In this document: positions 1-14,264 of the stretch, piece after piece
Numbering within the stretch: the first letter of the stretch is position 1
How the letters are laid out: each line of letters opens with the position of its first letter
From: Eledone cirrhosa
Lineage: Eukaryota
Assembly: GCA_964016885.1 (NCBI GenBank)
Contig: OZ024756.1
Coordinates: 25,606,001-25,670,000, forward strand
Length of the DNA stretch: 64,000 nucleotides
Reading direction: 5' to 3'
The notes under the pieces: model-generated
The model's database searches: none
The model's input: the letters and a program-made list of their open reading frames with translations, nothing else
Told to the model about the DNA's origin: nothing
Made by a program: the position numbers and the translations under genes

Positions 1-280
<280 letters not shown>

Positions 281-470
281 GGCGGATTTTCTACGGTGGG
301 ATGCCCTTCCTAACACCAACCACATTTACAGTGTGGCACTGGGAGGTTTTTACCGTGTTACCTACACGGCCACATTACAGCGTGGACTGTGTGTTTTTTT
401 TGTCGTGACACCTACACAACCTCATTTGTTTCGGCCTGGATGTTGTGGTACCAACATAACTTTACATTGA
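281..470 (-). mobile_element. SINE 3' fragment (same family as 1461-1805)
   Basis: ggatgcccttcctaacaccaacc is the reverse complement of ggttggtgttaggaagggcatcc in the SINE body near 1695-1720. Confidence 0.7.
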
Positions 471-559
471 AAGGGGTGGTGTGGATGGGGTGGGGGTAGT
501 GGGACGGGGGTGTATTTTGTTAGAGGTGCGTACTAACTGTAGTAGGTTTTACTTTGTAT

Positions 560-975
560 TTAGGTAAGGCGGGTCTTTTCTATTACTGTGTAGCGCCAAA
601 GATCTCGATCCAGTGACATTGTCTTGGAGAGGTGTAAGTGTGTGAGGTCGGAATTTATCAAGTCGTCCCAGGTTTTTCTGGGTCTGCCTACTCCGTGGCT
701 ACCGTCTATTTTTATTGCCCTGTACTTTTTTATACAGCTATCGTCTTTCATGTGCATCACGTGACTATACCAACGTAGCCTTCTCTCGAGTAAACAACAT
801 CTGATCCCTCTTATTTCTAATTTTTCCCTTAGTTCGTTTATGCTTTGCCGTTCACGTATATTACTATTACACATCCAGCGGAGCATGCAAGCTTCATTTC
901 TCTCCAGTCTGCGTATATCCTCTGCACACAATGCCCAGGTCTCACTGCCATGCAACAGTGAGACCTGGGCATTGT
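560..975 (-). mobile_element. 5'-truncated RTE-clade LINE, C-terminal ORF fragment
   Basis: Translation [10 protein letters not shown]...[15 protein letters not shown]...[12 protein letters not shown]...[11 protein letters not shown] is typical of the post-RT region of RTE elements. Confidence 0.9.
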
Positions 976-1460
<485 letters not shown>

Positions 1461-1805
1461 TGGAGGCACATGGCTTAGTGGTTAGAGCATTGGCCTTGCA
1501 ATCGAAAAGTTGTGAGTTCAATTCTCAGACCGGGTGATGTGTTGTTTCCTTGAGCAAGACACTTTATTTCACATTGCTCCAGTTTACTCAGCTGTAGAAA
1601 TGAGATGATAGGGACTGGGGTCCCTATCATTCCACTGTAAAGTGGTCGTGGAGGTGCCACGGCAAAAAAGCACCCAGCACTCACTGTAAATGAGGTTGGT
1701 GTTAGGAAGGGCATCCAGCCGTAGAAATCAAGCCAGAATCAGTTCCCGTCCCACCCTTGCAAGCAGGGAAAAAGCGGACGTAAAATGAAATGATGATGAT
1801 GATGA
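1461..1805 (+). mobile_element. tRNA-derived SINE with (ATG)n tail
   Basis: A-box-like tggcttagtgg, B-box-like gagttcaattc, body cttgagcaagacactttatttcacattgctccagt and an (ATG)n tail. Related copies near 16745, 21880 and 53820. Confidence 0.85.
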
Positions 1806-4179
1806 CATATATATATATACATATTTATATATATATACATATATATACATATTTATATATACATATATATATACACATTTATATATATATATATATACAT
1901 ATACATATACATATATATATCATCATCATCATCATTTTACGTCCACTTTTCCCTGCTTGCAAGGGTTGGAGGGGTCCTATTCAAAACAGCATCTCAGTAT
2001 GGGAGTTGAGAATCCTCGTCCTCATTTCATCCCGGCACATTAATGTTGGGAAATGAGGTGAAACAATTTTAGATAATCTCATATCATCAGGGGTTTTCTC
2101 TGATATTCCTTTATTTTTGTTTATTAAACTTTTACTTGTTTCAGTCATTAGACTTGACCATACTGGGTCACTGCATTTATTTAGGCCTGGCCTGAGCAAC
2201 ATTCTTTGAATAGTGAGTCACATGAAATATGGCTATTCATAAGGCAGGCCACGTAAGCTATGGTTATCATAAGGCGTGCTGCACTACTAAAAATTCAAGT
2301 CAATATTGAAATTAGGCATGCCATTCAGAAAGCCTATCTAGCCACATGCGGCCTATGGGCCAGTTTGCTCATGACTAATTTAGTCAAAGATATCGAGCCA
2401 CAGAACTTACTTTTTCAAATCTGGTACTTATTTTGTCAATGTTTTTTGTTGAAATGCTAAGTTTCAGGATGTAAACACACACGTACATAATGAGCTCCTG
2501 TAGTTTGTGTCTAACAAGTTTCACTCACAGGGCATTTGTCAGCCCAAGACAATAGTGGACACCTAACCCAAGGTGTTACACAGTAGGATTGAACCTGAAA
2601 CACCTTATTAATTCTGCTCAAGAGGGGTAGAGGAGACAATCTTAGTCATATATTAACTACTAGATTTACTGGTCTGCTAAACTTGGTTGTGTGCTGCAAC
2701 ATCATGATAGGACTGTGGCTCTTATTAAAACACAAGAATCCTTCAATCAGATACAATTAAGTGGATAATGTATAGGATAAACAGTTGAAATCCACTGTAA
2801 AAGTTTTCAATATATTCTGGGAATCACAACCCCTATATCAAAGAAATTGAAGTGTGATGTTAGTGGTAAACTGGGCCCCTTTAGTATAATATCCATAGAA
2901 AGATATTTGGTTATATTTAACTAATTATAGAATAATATTTGGTTTTATTATAAAATCCTTTCATTAACATATTTCTGATGAAAAGCACTGCATGTAATTT
3001 TCAAATAATTTGGAGGGATTTTGTAATATAAGTAACTTTCCCGTTATTTAACTGTTGTTTGAACCCTACCTTAACAAAGGTTCTTATATGATAAACACTT
3101 TCAAAGAAACAATTTTGTATTATAGAACCAGGAGTGGTTTTGTTTCAGGCAATTTGATATCAAAAGGGTTAAATACGCAGAAATATAATGTGTGTACACA
3201 TTCATATATGCAGACATTCGAACATAAAATGTCAATGCAATTTAAAGATATATATACTTATATTTTTTTTATTCTGATAGCAAGATATTTTGTAGATGTC
3301 TCTTATGATGTAACATGATTTTTCTATTCCATTTCAACTGAGAAGTGTAAATCTTTGTAAAAAAAAAAATATTTGAAATAAACAAAATATTTTTCTGATA
3401 TATATATATATAAATGTGTTGTGTGTTCCTTTTGTTTTTCTTCTTTCTCAGAAGGAATTTTCTAGGTGAACAACAATCCAATGAAAAAGCTTCATCATGG
3501 TCTCTCAACATGTGGGAATTAACAGCCAAATCTCCATCAATTACACTCTGCCATCTTGAATAATGAAGAAAAATGCGATTGTCTGTATATATGTATACAA
3601 AGTTTGTATTAAATAAGATATATATGTGTGAATGTTAATGTTTGTATTAGTGTATTTTGTATGGATAGAAGTCACCAGTGAAGCAGTTAAAGGCACTGTT
3701 GTGGTAAATAGCATCATAAGACTTTATAACGTTTTAATATAATTTATTAACAAAGATTGCGAGAAGAGCTACGTTAGCTGGGCTGGCATGACAAACAAAC
3801 AAAATTAAGGTTTGAGAAGGTACGGTCAACTGGCTGAGGCGTTATCCAAGCCCATAGTGATGTTTTGTTGTTACATATTGTTTATGCTTGAGGAACGAAT
3901 TCAAGAGGTGTTTACCTTAACGGTGTCTAACTGCAAGAGAAAGAGTTTTTCAAAAGAAGCGGGAATTTCTCCATTTGGGCAGAAGTTGAGATACATTTCC
4001 CTACACTGGTAGAGATTGGCTGAACTCAGCCAAACAACGCACGGAAAGGGTATCAATGCTCCAAAGGAAAGTAGCTTGCTACATATATGTATATATATAT
4101 ATGTGTGTGTGTATATATACATGCATATATGTATATATATATGTGTGTGTGTGTATATATATGTGTATATATGATAGTT

Positions 4180-4375
4180 TGTGACCGAGATACACAAACT
4201 CCGTAACTTGAGCAATTTGTTGGTTGGAGACTGGCGTTGTTTTTATCAGTTGTCATACACTTTGTTTTGCAGATGTTGATGTGTAAGCCAGCCTCCAGCG
4301 AATGTTTAGCCAGTACATTCAGAAAGTCTTGCGCAGTATCACATCTAGGTTGAGCAGCTTTCAATAAGAACAAGA
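4180..4375 (-). mobile_element. LINE reverse transcriptase fragment
   Basis: AQDFLNVLAKHSLEAGLHINICKTKCM resembles the RT segment that follows the YADD motif (GLxINxxKTKxM). Confidence 0.7.
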
Positions 4376-4959
4376 AAGTACTGACATCAAAATGAGTTTC
4401 CTATCATTATATATACTAGCAGAAAAACCACCCGAAGGTGCTAGCATGTGTAGTGTGTATATTGATATTATACGCAAGTATATATATACATGTAGATATG
4501 ATCAAATAAAATCGTAATTGACAATATACACAGAAATTGAACGAAGACGTTATACTGTCTTATGTAATCAGTAATGTAATCCATGACACATTAAAAAAAA
4601 GACGATATTATATATAAACTGCATTAGGAGAAAATTAGTGACGGAAATATATGAATGTTTATTTAAGCCATTGCTAACCGGAAGTGTTGACATTTGAAAA
4701 TTTTAAAGAAGTGAATCTTTAAATAAATAATAAAATATATTTAATGAACAGCCATGAAATTTAGTGAATAAATTATGTAATATTCATTATTTACGGGGTC
4801 GATAAAATAAAGTACCAGTAATGCATTGGGTAATTGCTGGCCTTGTGCCTAAAGTAGAAACAATTATTTATTCAAAGTAATCTAACTTATTTTACAAACG
4901 GAATAAAAAAAATAAACCGTATGCAGACCTTCCTTTACTATAGTTTAAATATATATCCA

Positions 4960-5136
4960 GGGAGTGTAATGTGAAGTTACCGTAGGTTCACCGAGATGAA
5001 TTACAACAGCAAGGTCTGATGAGCTTTTGATTACAGAATCGGGCCAAATCAATACGTATCGAACCTTGAGCTGATCAATAGTGAAACGCGCAACTCCAAT
5101 CAATAAACGTAATGAAGGCTTAACAAATCGTCCTTG

Positions 5137-5160
<24 letters not shown>
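4960..5160 (+). repeat. Dispersed ~190-bp repeat, second copy at 37619-37790; possible Penelope-like terminal remnant
   Basis: Both copies share gagctgatcaatagYgaaacgcgc...tcaataaacgtaatgaag...aacaaatcg, follow a TA run and end in (ATT)n. Confidence 0.7.
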
Positions 5161-5167
<7 letters not shown>

Positions 5168-7356
5168 GTGTGTGTGTGTACATATATATATATGAATGCA
5201 TGTATAGTTTATTTGATAATATACTGTATGTTTAATCAAACACATTTTGAAGACCAAATATTTGGCTGGTAAAAGCAGTATTTAAAGTCAAATGTCACAA
5301 CAACACTGCAGATAGCGATTTTTAGACACATCCAGCCAATGAAACATATGTTAATACTTGGAATAAACCCTACTATATAGCTTTATCCATGTGCTCCTTC
5401 ATTTCTTCACTATATATGTATATATTTATATATGTCTATATATATGATGGCTGCCCCCTCGTTAACGAGTATGGCCATTGCACGATATACCATTATTAAT
5501 AATTATTAATTAATTCTATAGTTCAATGCCAGTGCGTGAAGATATTTTTTAAAGTGAGGAAAGACTGTGCACTGAGCCAATCCCACTCTCTGAGCGACAG
5601 TAGCTATAACCGAAAAAGAAGAAAAGATCAACATCAACGATAACTACTGAGCCGCGGGTTTTATATGGGAGTTATCCCAGTTCCCTGAGTTGCCTTCTAG
5701 AAGAATGCCCTGACAAAGGCTAGGGGTCTTTCACTCCCAGTGGTTGAACCGCGCGATCTGATGTCCAGCCCGACTATTTCTATGTCCCCGCGCATATACA
5801 TACACATGCACCCACGTATATACACATATACATATACATACATATGTACATGTGTATACATACTTTTGGATGTTGACTCTTATGAGTTCTTCCGCCCTTT
5901 GTCAGGTTTTGTTTTTTGTCTTGCAGCGTGTCCAAAATCACGCTCCTCACCAAGTAAACTTTGTGGGGTTGCTGGTTTAGTCGACGACGACCCGACCATG
6001 CGACATACATATACATATATACACACATATATATATATATATTTATATATATATATATACATATATATTCATATAATAGGAACAAGTAAGACCCCGACGG
6101 CAGAGTTCAAGCCGTTTCGACGACTAATTCTGAACAGTGTATATATGTGTGTGTGTGTATGTATATATATAAATATATATACATACACACACATACATAT
6201 ATATATATGTATATATGTGCATATATGTATATATATATACATATACATACATATATGTATATATATATATACATATATGCACATATATACATATATATAC
6301 ACACACACACATATATATGTATGTGTGTGTATGTATGTATATATATTTATATATATACATACACACATATATATACATATATACACATGTATACACACAC
6401 ACATAGATATACACCCACACACACAATATATACATACACATACACACACACCTATATATATATATATATATATATATATGGGCCACTGTCTCTCTCTCTG
6501 AACACTGTAGATCTTCCAGGTTGTTATAGTATTTATTAACATAGCCAAGTGCACCAGTAATCACTGGTATAAATATGAATGTATAATCTTGGGTAGAGAT
6601 ATTGAAATTTGTCCATAATTATTCTATTTCTTATTGGTTCCAGACGAAATGTCCACATCAGTTTTTCTCTATGACAGTACACACATTTTGTTTTGTTTTC
6701 TCTCACAAACATCTATGTCAGACCTGTTATGTTGGCATTTGGCAGAAGTTTGTATATATTTACATGTCTGTGTATGTATATGTGTGCATGTATACTGGTA
6801 TGCCTGTCTGTATGTACGTATGTATGTACGTACGTATGTATGTATGTATGCATGCACGTATGTATGTATGTATAGGGTTGTTAAAATTTTCTTCATCAGC
6901 AATTGTTGTCTATTTTTTAGTATGTGTATGTAGGTGTATGTGTGTGTATATATATATTTACACACATACCTATACAAATGTATACCATATATACATATGT
7001 TTTATATAGTATATGTGTCATTGGAATTAAAATAAATAAATAGATAAATAAATAAATACGTTAACAAATAAAAAGGTAGGGAGGAATATGCAATGACTCC
7101 TTAACATCCTGTAATGATATAGCAGAAAATATCTAAAAATGGGTTTGTAAATTGAAATCTTTATAGTATCTTTACTAGTGGACAGATCTTTGTGAAAATT
7201 TGCAGTATCAGAGTAAAGACTATAACTTTTAATTTGATGGAGTTAGAGACGTATGTTTTGTAATTTACGGGAATGCCTTTCTAATGTGGTTTTATGTCGT
7301 AAAATATCGGTAAGAAGAAAATAAAAAAATGGAGAAATATTTGCACTAAATTAAGT

Positions 7357-9570
7357 TCAATTCTGTACTTGTGTGATTGGATGGTTAATTGGTGATTGAT
7401 AAATTTGGGCATCAGAGTCAGCAGTTGTGGAATTGTAGTGATGGACCAAAAGAGAGGAACTGTCTGAAGAGGAACTATGCTGCTCTAGTCCTTTCTTTGG
7501 TAAGTCTGCTTTACATGAAGATGATTCCAGACATGTTCCACCAACCGTCTTCATTGACAGATCAACTGTTTGATTTACCAATATGGCACCTCCTAGAGTG
7601 GTGTTATTCACCTGGGTATTTCCAGAGTAGCTGTAAGATCTCTCACCTGGATCGCTGTGCTCAACAGAAGCAAGCTGGGAGGAAGAATTGATACTTAGTG
7701 ATGGTTTATTTTGAAATGACAAAAGATCGTTATGTAATTTCATTTTAGATGTTTGCTGGTCATCTTTAGAACGAAGTTTAAACTGGCTTTCAAGTGGATC
7801 GCTTTTAAACCTAATTCGGTTCTTTTCTAGTTGTTCCTGGTTTGTTATGTGTTCCCTCTGGGAATTATTAGCAACAAGAACCTGGTTTTCATTGGCTGAC
7901 TCCGGAATTGGTAAAATATGACAATTGTTTTTGGTTAATTCCTTTGTGTGAGAAACCTCTTCTGATACACAGGGCTTGCTTAAACTGTCTTTTGTAGGAG
8001 TGGAATTATCATAGGACCCATTGTATACAATTAGGGTGTTTTCCAATGTTAGAATTTCAGTGCTTTGTAAATTATTTGGTAGGTCTAAGTGATTAACTGA
8101 CATTTTGTCATTAGAAATCAAAGAGTTTCTTGTTTCATTTTGTGTGTTCACAGAATCAGTTGGAACAACTTGATTTGTATAAATACTTTGTTGTTTCACA
8201 GGTAAAGATTTCATTTCTTTAATTAAATTAGATGAAACAAGGAAAGAATGCTGTGGTTCATTCGTTGGTTTATTTAGGTTGTTTCTATTGTTCCAGTTTA
8301 AATGAGAAATCGCTTCGGGTGAGTCACCAGTTTTATTGTGAGAGCCTTTCAAGTACTGACATAAGTTTTGTGACACAGGAACACAGTTTGGCACATATTC
8401 ATCTGAGGAATATATGATCTGATCCCTTCTATGAGGAGTAAAGTAACTAGACTGGCTTATTGGAAGAGTTGTTGATAGTTCAATTGGTTTTTCTAGATAA
8501 TTATTCTTTATAGACTGACTCTCTGTTACAGTACAGTTGCTACTGGTACACATAAAGTTCAAGCTGTGTTGCTTGCTTTTATGAGATGTTGCTGTTATTG
8601 TTGCTGATGTTGTTGTTGTTTGTTGATTTGAAGTCAGTTGGTTAAATGGTGGATAAAAATTTGGTTGGTAACCATCTACAGTGTTATATCCCTTAGCTGA
8701 ATTCTCCTGGCATTGTTGGTATTTGTTGAATATGTACTGGCTGTTATTAACTATACCAACAGGCAACTTGCTGTCATGTTTATTGCGCATATGTTGGTTT
8801 AGATGACTGCACTGTGCAAAATCACGGCTACACAAAGAACAGCGATATGGCTTCTCACCCGTGTGAGTTCTCATGTGCTGCGCTAAATTACTTGACTGCG
8901 TGAATTCCTTGAGACATGTGTAGCATTTGTAAGGTTTTTCCCCAGTGTGTCGACGTACATGCTGATTCAAGTGGCTTGCTTGTGCAAAGCTTTTGTTGCA
9001 ATGTGGACAAATAAATAGCTTGATACCAGTATGTGTCAAGGTGTGTTGGTTGAGGGTGGAGCGTTGGGCAAAATCCTTATCACAGAATGAACATTTGTAT
9101 GGCCGTTCTCCCGTATGGGTACGCAGATGCTGCTGCAAGTGAGAGGACTGGGTAAAATCCTTGTTACACAGCTTGCATTTGTAAGGTTTCTCACCTGTAT
9201 GCAGTCGCATATGCTGCAGGAGGGTACTTTGTTGAGCAAAACTTCTCTGACACACTTTACACTGAAAAGGTTTCACAGGACTATGGATATTCTGATGGGT
9301 CTTTAGATTGCCAAGCTGTGAGAAAGATTTCTCACAGTCGGGACATTTGAAACATTTGTTGGTGCAGAGCTTCTTATCTGCGATAGCAGCAGCTGGTAAA
9401 CCGACCACTGTTGAGGACAGTGAGGGCATCACAGAGGTGGGATAAGTGTGTGAGTAGTGTGCTAGAGTGACCTCAGAAGAAATGGCTGCAGCATGAATCT
9501 CTTCAAGACACTCAATTTCATTCTCTTTCAACAAGGCCAGCATATCTTTGGCATCATAAGGTTCTGACAT
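7357..9570 (-). CDS. C2H2 zinc-finger protein, 7 fingers, long Ser/Asn/Gln-rich C-terminus; single coding exon (737 aa)
   Basis: Intact ORF with seven CxxC-x12-HxxxH fingers and TGEKPY linkers. Confidence 0.95.
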   Translation of the reverse strand: MSEPYDAKDMLALLKENEIECLEEIHAAAISSEVTLAHYSHTYPTSVMPSLSSTVVGLPAAAIADKKLCTNKCFKCPDCEKSFSQLGNLKTHQNIHSPVKPFQCKVCQRSFAQQSTLLQHMRLHTGEKPYKCKLCNKDFTQSSHLQQHLRTHTGERPYKCSFCDKDFAQRSTLNQHTLTHTGIKLFICPHCNKSFAQASHLNQHVRRHTGEKPYKCYTCLKEFTQSSNLAQHMRTHTGEKPYRCSLCSRDFAQCSHLNQHMRNKHDSKLPVGIVNNSQYIFNKYQQCQENSAKGYNTVDGYQPNFYPPFNQLTSNQQTTTTSATITATSHKSKQHSLNFMCTSSNCTVTESQSIKNNYLEKPIELSTTLPISQSSYFTPHRRDQIIYSSDEYVPNCVPVSQNLCQYLKGSHNKTGDSPEAISHLNWNNRNNLNKPTNEPQHSFLVSSNLIKEMKSLPVKQQSIYTNQVVPTDSVNTQNETRNSLISNDKMSVNHLDLPNNLQSTEILTLENTLIVYNGSYDNSTPTKDSLSKPCVSEEVSHTKELTKNNCHILPIPESANENQVLVANNSQREHITNQEQLEKNRIRFKSDPLESQFKLRSKDDQQTSKMKLHNDLLSFQNKPSLSINSSSQLASVEHSDPGERSYSYSGNTQVNNTTLGGAILVNQTVDLSMKTVGGTCLESSSCKADLPKKGLEQHSSSSDSSSLLVHHYNSTTADSDAQIYQSPINHPITQVQN

Positions 9571-10984
9571 AGAATATTCAATGGAATCAAAATAAATAAA
9601 ATGAAGGAAATTGATTCATTTTTTTAAAAACTTTTTCTATGTTTTCTTTTTTCCAGAATTTTCTTGAATCATTTTTTGGAGGAGATTTAGTTTTCAAATC
9701 ACAGGAATAAATAAAAAAAGAAAAAGAGAGAAAAAAAACGAGAGGCACTGAAAGAAGATAAAGATGGAGTAAATGTTGACAAGAAATAGAGGCAGAGAGC
9801 AATAGTTAATGAAAAGGTGGTAGTTGTGATGAAAGGACTTTGACAATTAATTGATTGATGGATTGTCTGATTAATAAAACTGAAGTGAAACACAAACTGT
9901 GTATGTGTTTTGATTGGCAGCATGACCCTCCCAAAGTACAACAATGGAGAATAATAATCTAGATTGTTAATCAGTAATCAGTAATTAATAATTCAATTGA
10001 TGGCATTCTTTTTTTTGTGTGTGTTGGGGGAGGGGGTCAATGAAAGTAGAGAGTTTACATTTTACTTTGAAGTGGATATGTTTTCCATCCCAAATAAAAC
10101 TAAGAATAAAAATCAGAGAGCATTTTAGTCTTTGTTATCTTAGTAATTTTCATTAAACACTTTGTAAAGTGTTAGTGCTGCTGCTATGATAAAATACATC
10201 CAGTACACTCTGTCAAGTTGTAGTGCTAGTGCTACGATAAAATACTCCCAGCCCACTCTGTAAAGTGGTAGTCTTAGGTGCCACAATAAAATACACCCAG
10301 TATAGTGATTGATTTTAGAAAGGATATCCAGCTATGGAAAACCAAATATGGAATGTATGATAATGATGATGATAATTTAATATATGCCTAGGGTTTTTTT
10401 AAGTCTTTGTTTGCTGTTCAAAGGAAAATTAAGTTATGTCAGAATTTGCTGGAACACTTGGAGTTACTTGATTACAAGAAATTCTTCTTTGATTTCCCTC
10501 CTTCTTCTGATGGAATGTTCTCTGATAAAGAAGAGAGAGAAAAAAAGGTAAGAATTAGAATGTAGAACACAAAACAAACATAAACACACTACCTTATATA
10601 TGTGAGCATGTATGTATTAGTTTCTTACACAAAGAAATGCAACACATGAGTGAGGAAAACATGTACACATGTACACATGCACTAGCATAAGAGATGTAGC
10701 ATTTATTATTATTGCTATAGTAATGTCATAGTACAGCTATAGTACTGTACACTATAATACTATATAGCAGAATAGTGTAGTATGTAGCCACTAAATGTTG
10801 ATCTGACTCTGCTTACCTATAGTACTGTATGTCATAGTAGTGTGAGATGTGACTAAATGTTGATCTAACTCCACTTACTTGTTGCATTATTGGCTTTTTT
10901 CTTCATAAGTACCAAACTGATTGAAGAACACTGGCTTCTGAAATTTAAACAATAACGCTTAGTAGTAGAGTAAGTGGACGTTAA

Positions 10985-11135
10985 ATGGTGATGGTGATGA
11001 TAGTGGTGATGGTGATGATAATGGTAATGATGATATTGATGATAGTGATGATGATGTTGATGGTGGTGGTGATAATGATGGTGGCAATGATGATGGTGGT
11101 GGTGGTGGTCGTCGTGATGATGATGATGATGATGA
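10985..11135. repeat. (GAT/GGT)n trinucleotide microsatellite
   Basis: Direct reading. Confidence 0.9.
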
Positions 11136-11302
11136 ATAAACTAAAGTTGTGAACATTATTAACCCTTTCAATAACAACCTGACTGAAACCAACTCTGGTT
11201 TGTATCATCGAAAAGTGCTTGTATTAAAATATCTACATTTACCACCATACCATGATTGAATACTTTGTTTTGGTGGCATGACTAGTATCCAGGTCTCTTT
11301 AC

Positions 11303-11938
11303 CTGGTGGGAGGTAAGCTATTGGTGGAGTGGTTTGTGGGTTCTGTTAACCCAGTGAGCTGTACTGGTGAGAGGTAAGCTATTGGTGCAGTAGCTTGTGG
11401 GTTCTGTTAACCCAGTGAGCTGTACTGGTGAGGGGAAAGCTATTAGTGCAGTAGCTTGTAGATTCTGTTAACCCAGTTAGCTGTACTGGTGAGAGGCAAG
11501 CTATTGGTGCAGTGGCTTCTGGGGTCTGTTAACCCAGTGGGCTATACTGGTGGGAGGCAAGCTATTGGTGGAGTGGCTTGTAGGTTCTGTTAACCCAGTT
11601 AGCTGTACTGGTGAGAGGCAAGCTATTGATGGAGTGACTTGTGGGTTCTGTTAGCCCAGTGGGCTATACTGGTGAGAGGCAAGTTATTGGTGGAGTGGCT
11701 TCTGGGTTCTGTTAACCCAGTGGGCTATACTTGTAGGAGGCAAACTATTGGTGGAGTGACTTGTGGGATCTGTTAACCCAGTGGGCTATACTGGTGAGAG
11801 GCAAGCTATTGGTGGAGTGACTTGTGGGATCTGTTAACCCAGTGGGCTATACTGGTGAGAGGCAAGCTATTGGTGGAGTGACTTGTGGGTTCTGTTAACC
11901 CAGTTAACTATACTGGTGAGAGGCAAGCTATTGGTGGG
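11303..11938. repeat. Minisatellite, ~61-bp unit, ~10.5 copies
   Basis: Unit ~ctggtgagaggcaagctattggtggagtggcttgtgggttctgttaacccagtgggctata repeated head-to-tail without spacers. Confidence 0.95.
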
Positions 11939-13703
11939 TTTAACCAAGCCAGGCAGAACAAAGGTAGGAACCAGAGAAAATGTTAATCACTTTAGGAGTA
12001 ACCCCAAACGTTAATCCTAGAGAAGGCAGCAGTGATTCTTTTCTCCTCATCGATGAAAATCAATTTTTCCCTGCTTCCAGTATCTTGCGCTGCACACATG
12101 CATGCACTGTCTGTTTATTTCTAATATTAATTTTTTATGAATTTATCCCTCTTTTTGTCAATAGATAAGCATAAATTTTCCTGTCCATTCTTTGCTTTGT
12201 TATCGTCTCACATGCATCTTACTAACAGACTGGTCCCAAAATCTGTTGCACAAACTGGCATCACAAGTGTAATACCACCTTCATGCGTGAAATTGCACTG
12301 CCAGCAAAGTGAGCGACAAGGTGAAGATACAACTATTATGCATCTTATGTAGCTGTTTGCATTTTCTGCTGCTATTTATGTTCTAACTGCCCACAGAATA
12401 TGAGAACAAACTTTTTTAAATATTTGATATGATTGACATACCAATTGAAACCAGTAATATTTGACAAAAATTAAATCCATTTAATGTGACAATTATAAAA
12501 ATATTCATTCTGTCGATTAAAGAAAAAATAATCTTTAAACATAGTCTTGTGTTTTTTCACTTTTACTTGACACCCATGTGTGTGTGTACACACACACACA
12601 CGCACACATTTCTTTCTGTCACTGCCTGATATTTGGATGATTTTCCTAGAGATTTCCCAATCAGAAATATTTCATTTTTAACTATAATTTAAGCAATCCT
12701 ACTTTTGATATCAAACCGTTTATAGTTCTATGACACAAAGCCATTTATTTTAGGGTGTTCATATTTATCTAAAACAACCTTCCATCATAATTTTTCTAAG
12801 AATTTTTTGTTATGTTCAAAACACCAGCTTAATCATAGCAAACACATCCCAATTCTTGAATATTTTCAAAATTGATATAAAATCTGACAGTAATGGGAGG
12901 GTTAAATTTTGAATATTTCAACAATAAAAAGTACCTGGATAATTTAATTACTTCATAATATTATCAAATTTCTTTTAAATTTTAAATTTCTGTAATTAAT
13001 TAATGCATTATCTATTTCAATTGAAAAAATAAAATAGGCAATTTTGTTCTATTCTGTTTAACTTGTTGATTATAATTTTTCATTATAAACAATTTCTGGG
13101 AATTAAATTTAAAAAAATATTTTCTTAATTTTATTTCTATATTAAAAATCATTGAGTATTATTAGGAAATGAGCTAGATAATGAGAATTAATTAGGGTTG
13201 GAGGATGAATGTACAAAAATAGAAATAAACTAATAAAAAAGTTGTTTTTTTCCCTCCACAATTCTTCTCAGTGATCAGCTGTATATTTAATTGACAATGT
13301 TGGAGTGAAGTTTTTTTAAAGTCGCCCAAGGGAAAAAAATAAATAAATAAAATATTGCGAAAAATTATTTTAAATAAATAAAATATTGCGAAAAATTTTT
13401 CAAATTTTTATTTTAAAAGTAGCGCTTAAATGATAAGTTAAAAAAAAATTAAAGAAATAAAAGCTTGAAGAATTCAGTTCGCTGGTTGATACCATCCATC
13501 TTTTTTTTTCTTTTTTCTCTCCTTCTGTCAATACTCAACAATTTTATCAGTTTCTAATATATTACATGAACATTGGCAGTAGTTTCAACAACAGCGAAAC
13601 GATAATTTAAATAGTTTGAATTATAATAAAAAAGGCGGGAATCTTTTTTTAAAGAAACATAAAAAAGTTGGAACGGAGAAATCGTAAAGAAAATTTCACT
13701 TAC

Positions 13704-14264
13704 CGTGAAGTTGAAATATTTCTCTAATGACTTAATTGTTAAATATTCTAAGAACCTTCTGCTTTTCTGCAGTGGAAGGGAAGACAAGCTATAAAAAGTG
13801 AAGTTTGTCTGCCGAAGCTTATTGTCTCCCTTTGTTAAAATATTCTCAACTTCATTTTTAATTAAATTAAACTTTTTCCAACTTCGTTTGGATTTCAAAT
13901 TTTTTCCATCACCGTTAAGTTTTCATAAAAAAATTGAACGACTCTTAAAAAAAGTTGAAATGGAACCTATTTGAATTCCGTTTCGTTGCGTTTCGTCATT
14001 GACCACGTTCCAGTTATTACATATTATCGACCTAATTTTTTCATATTTCAAAATGGCGTAGTTTTATATTTCCAATGTAGTCGTCAACTCACGTTAAATG
14101 TCATTTTTTTTAGTGCTTAAAAGCGGTATGCATCAATAATGGCTAGTAAGTCTCTCTTTTATCAGTTCTCTAGAGATTTACATGTAGATATCAACATAAT
14201 TTCGTTAATTATACCGTAAAACAAGTCTTTTTTTTATATATAACCACCGCTACAATGACGTCAT
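13704..14264 (-). promoter_or_regulatory. Putative promoter and non-coding first exon of the 7-finger ZNF gene
   Basis: Minus-strand donor ACG|GTAAGT at 13704/13703; polypyrimidine acceptor at 10522/10521; YY1-like CAAAATGGCG at 14049-14058; CRE palindrome ATGACGTCAT at 14255-14264; locally more CpG. Confidence 0.45.

Noticed and set aside
11303-11938. CRISPR-like array
   Set aside because: Head-to-tail units without unique spacers, no cas genes, eukaryotic context.
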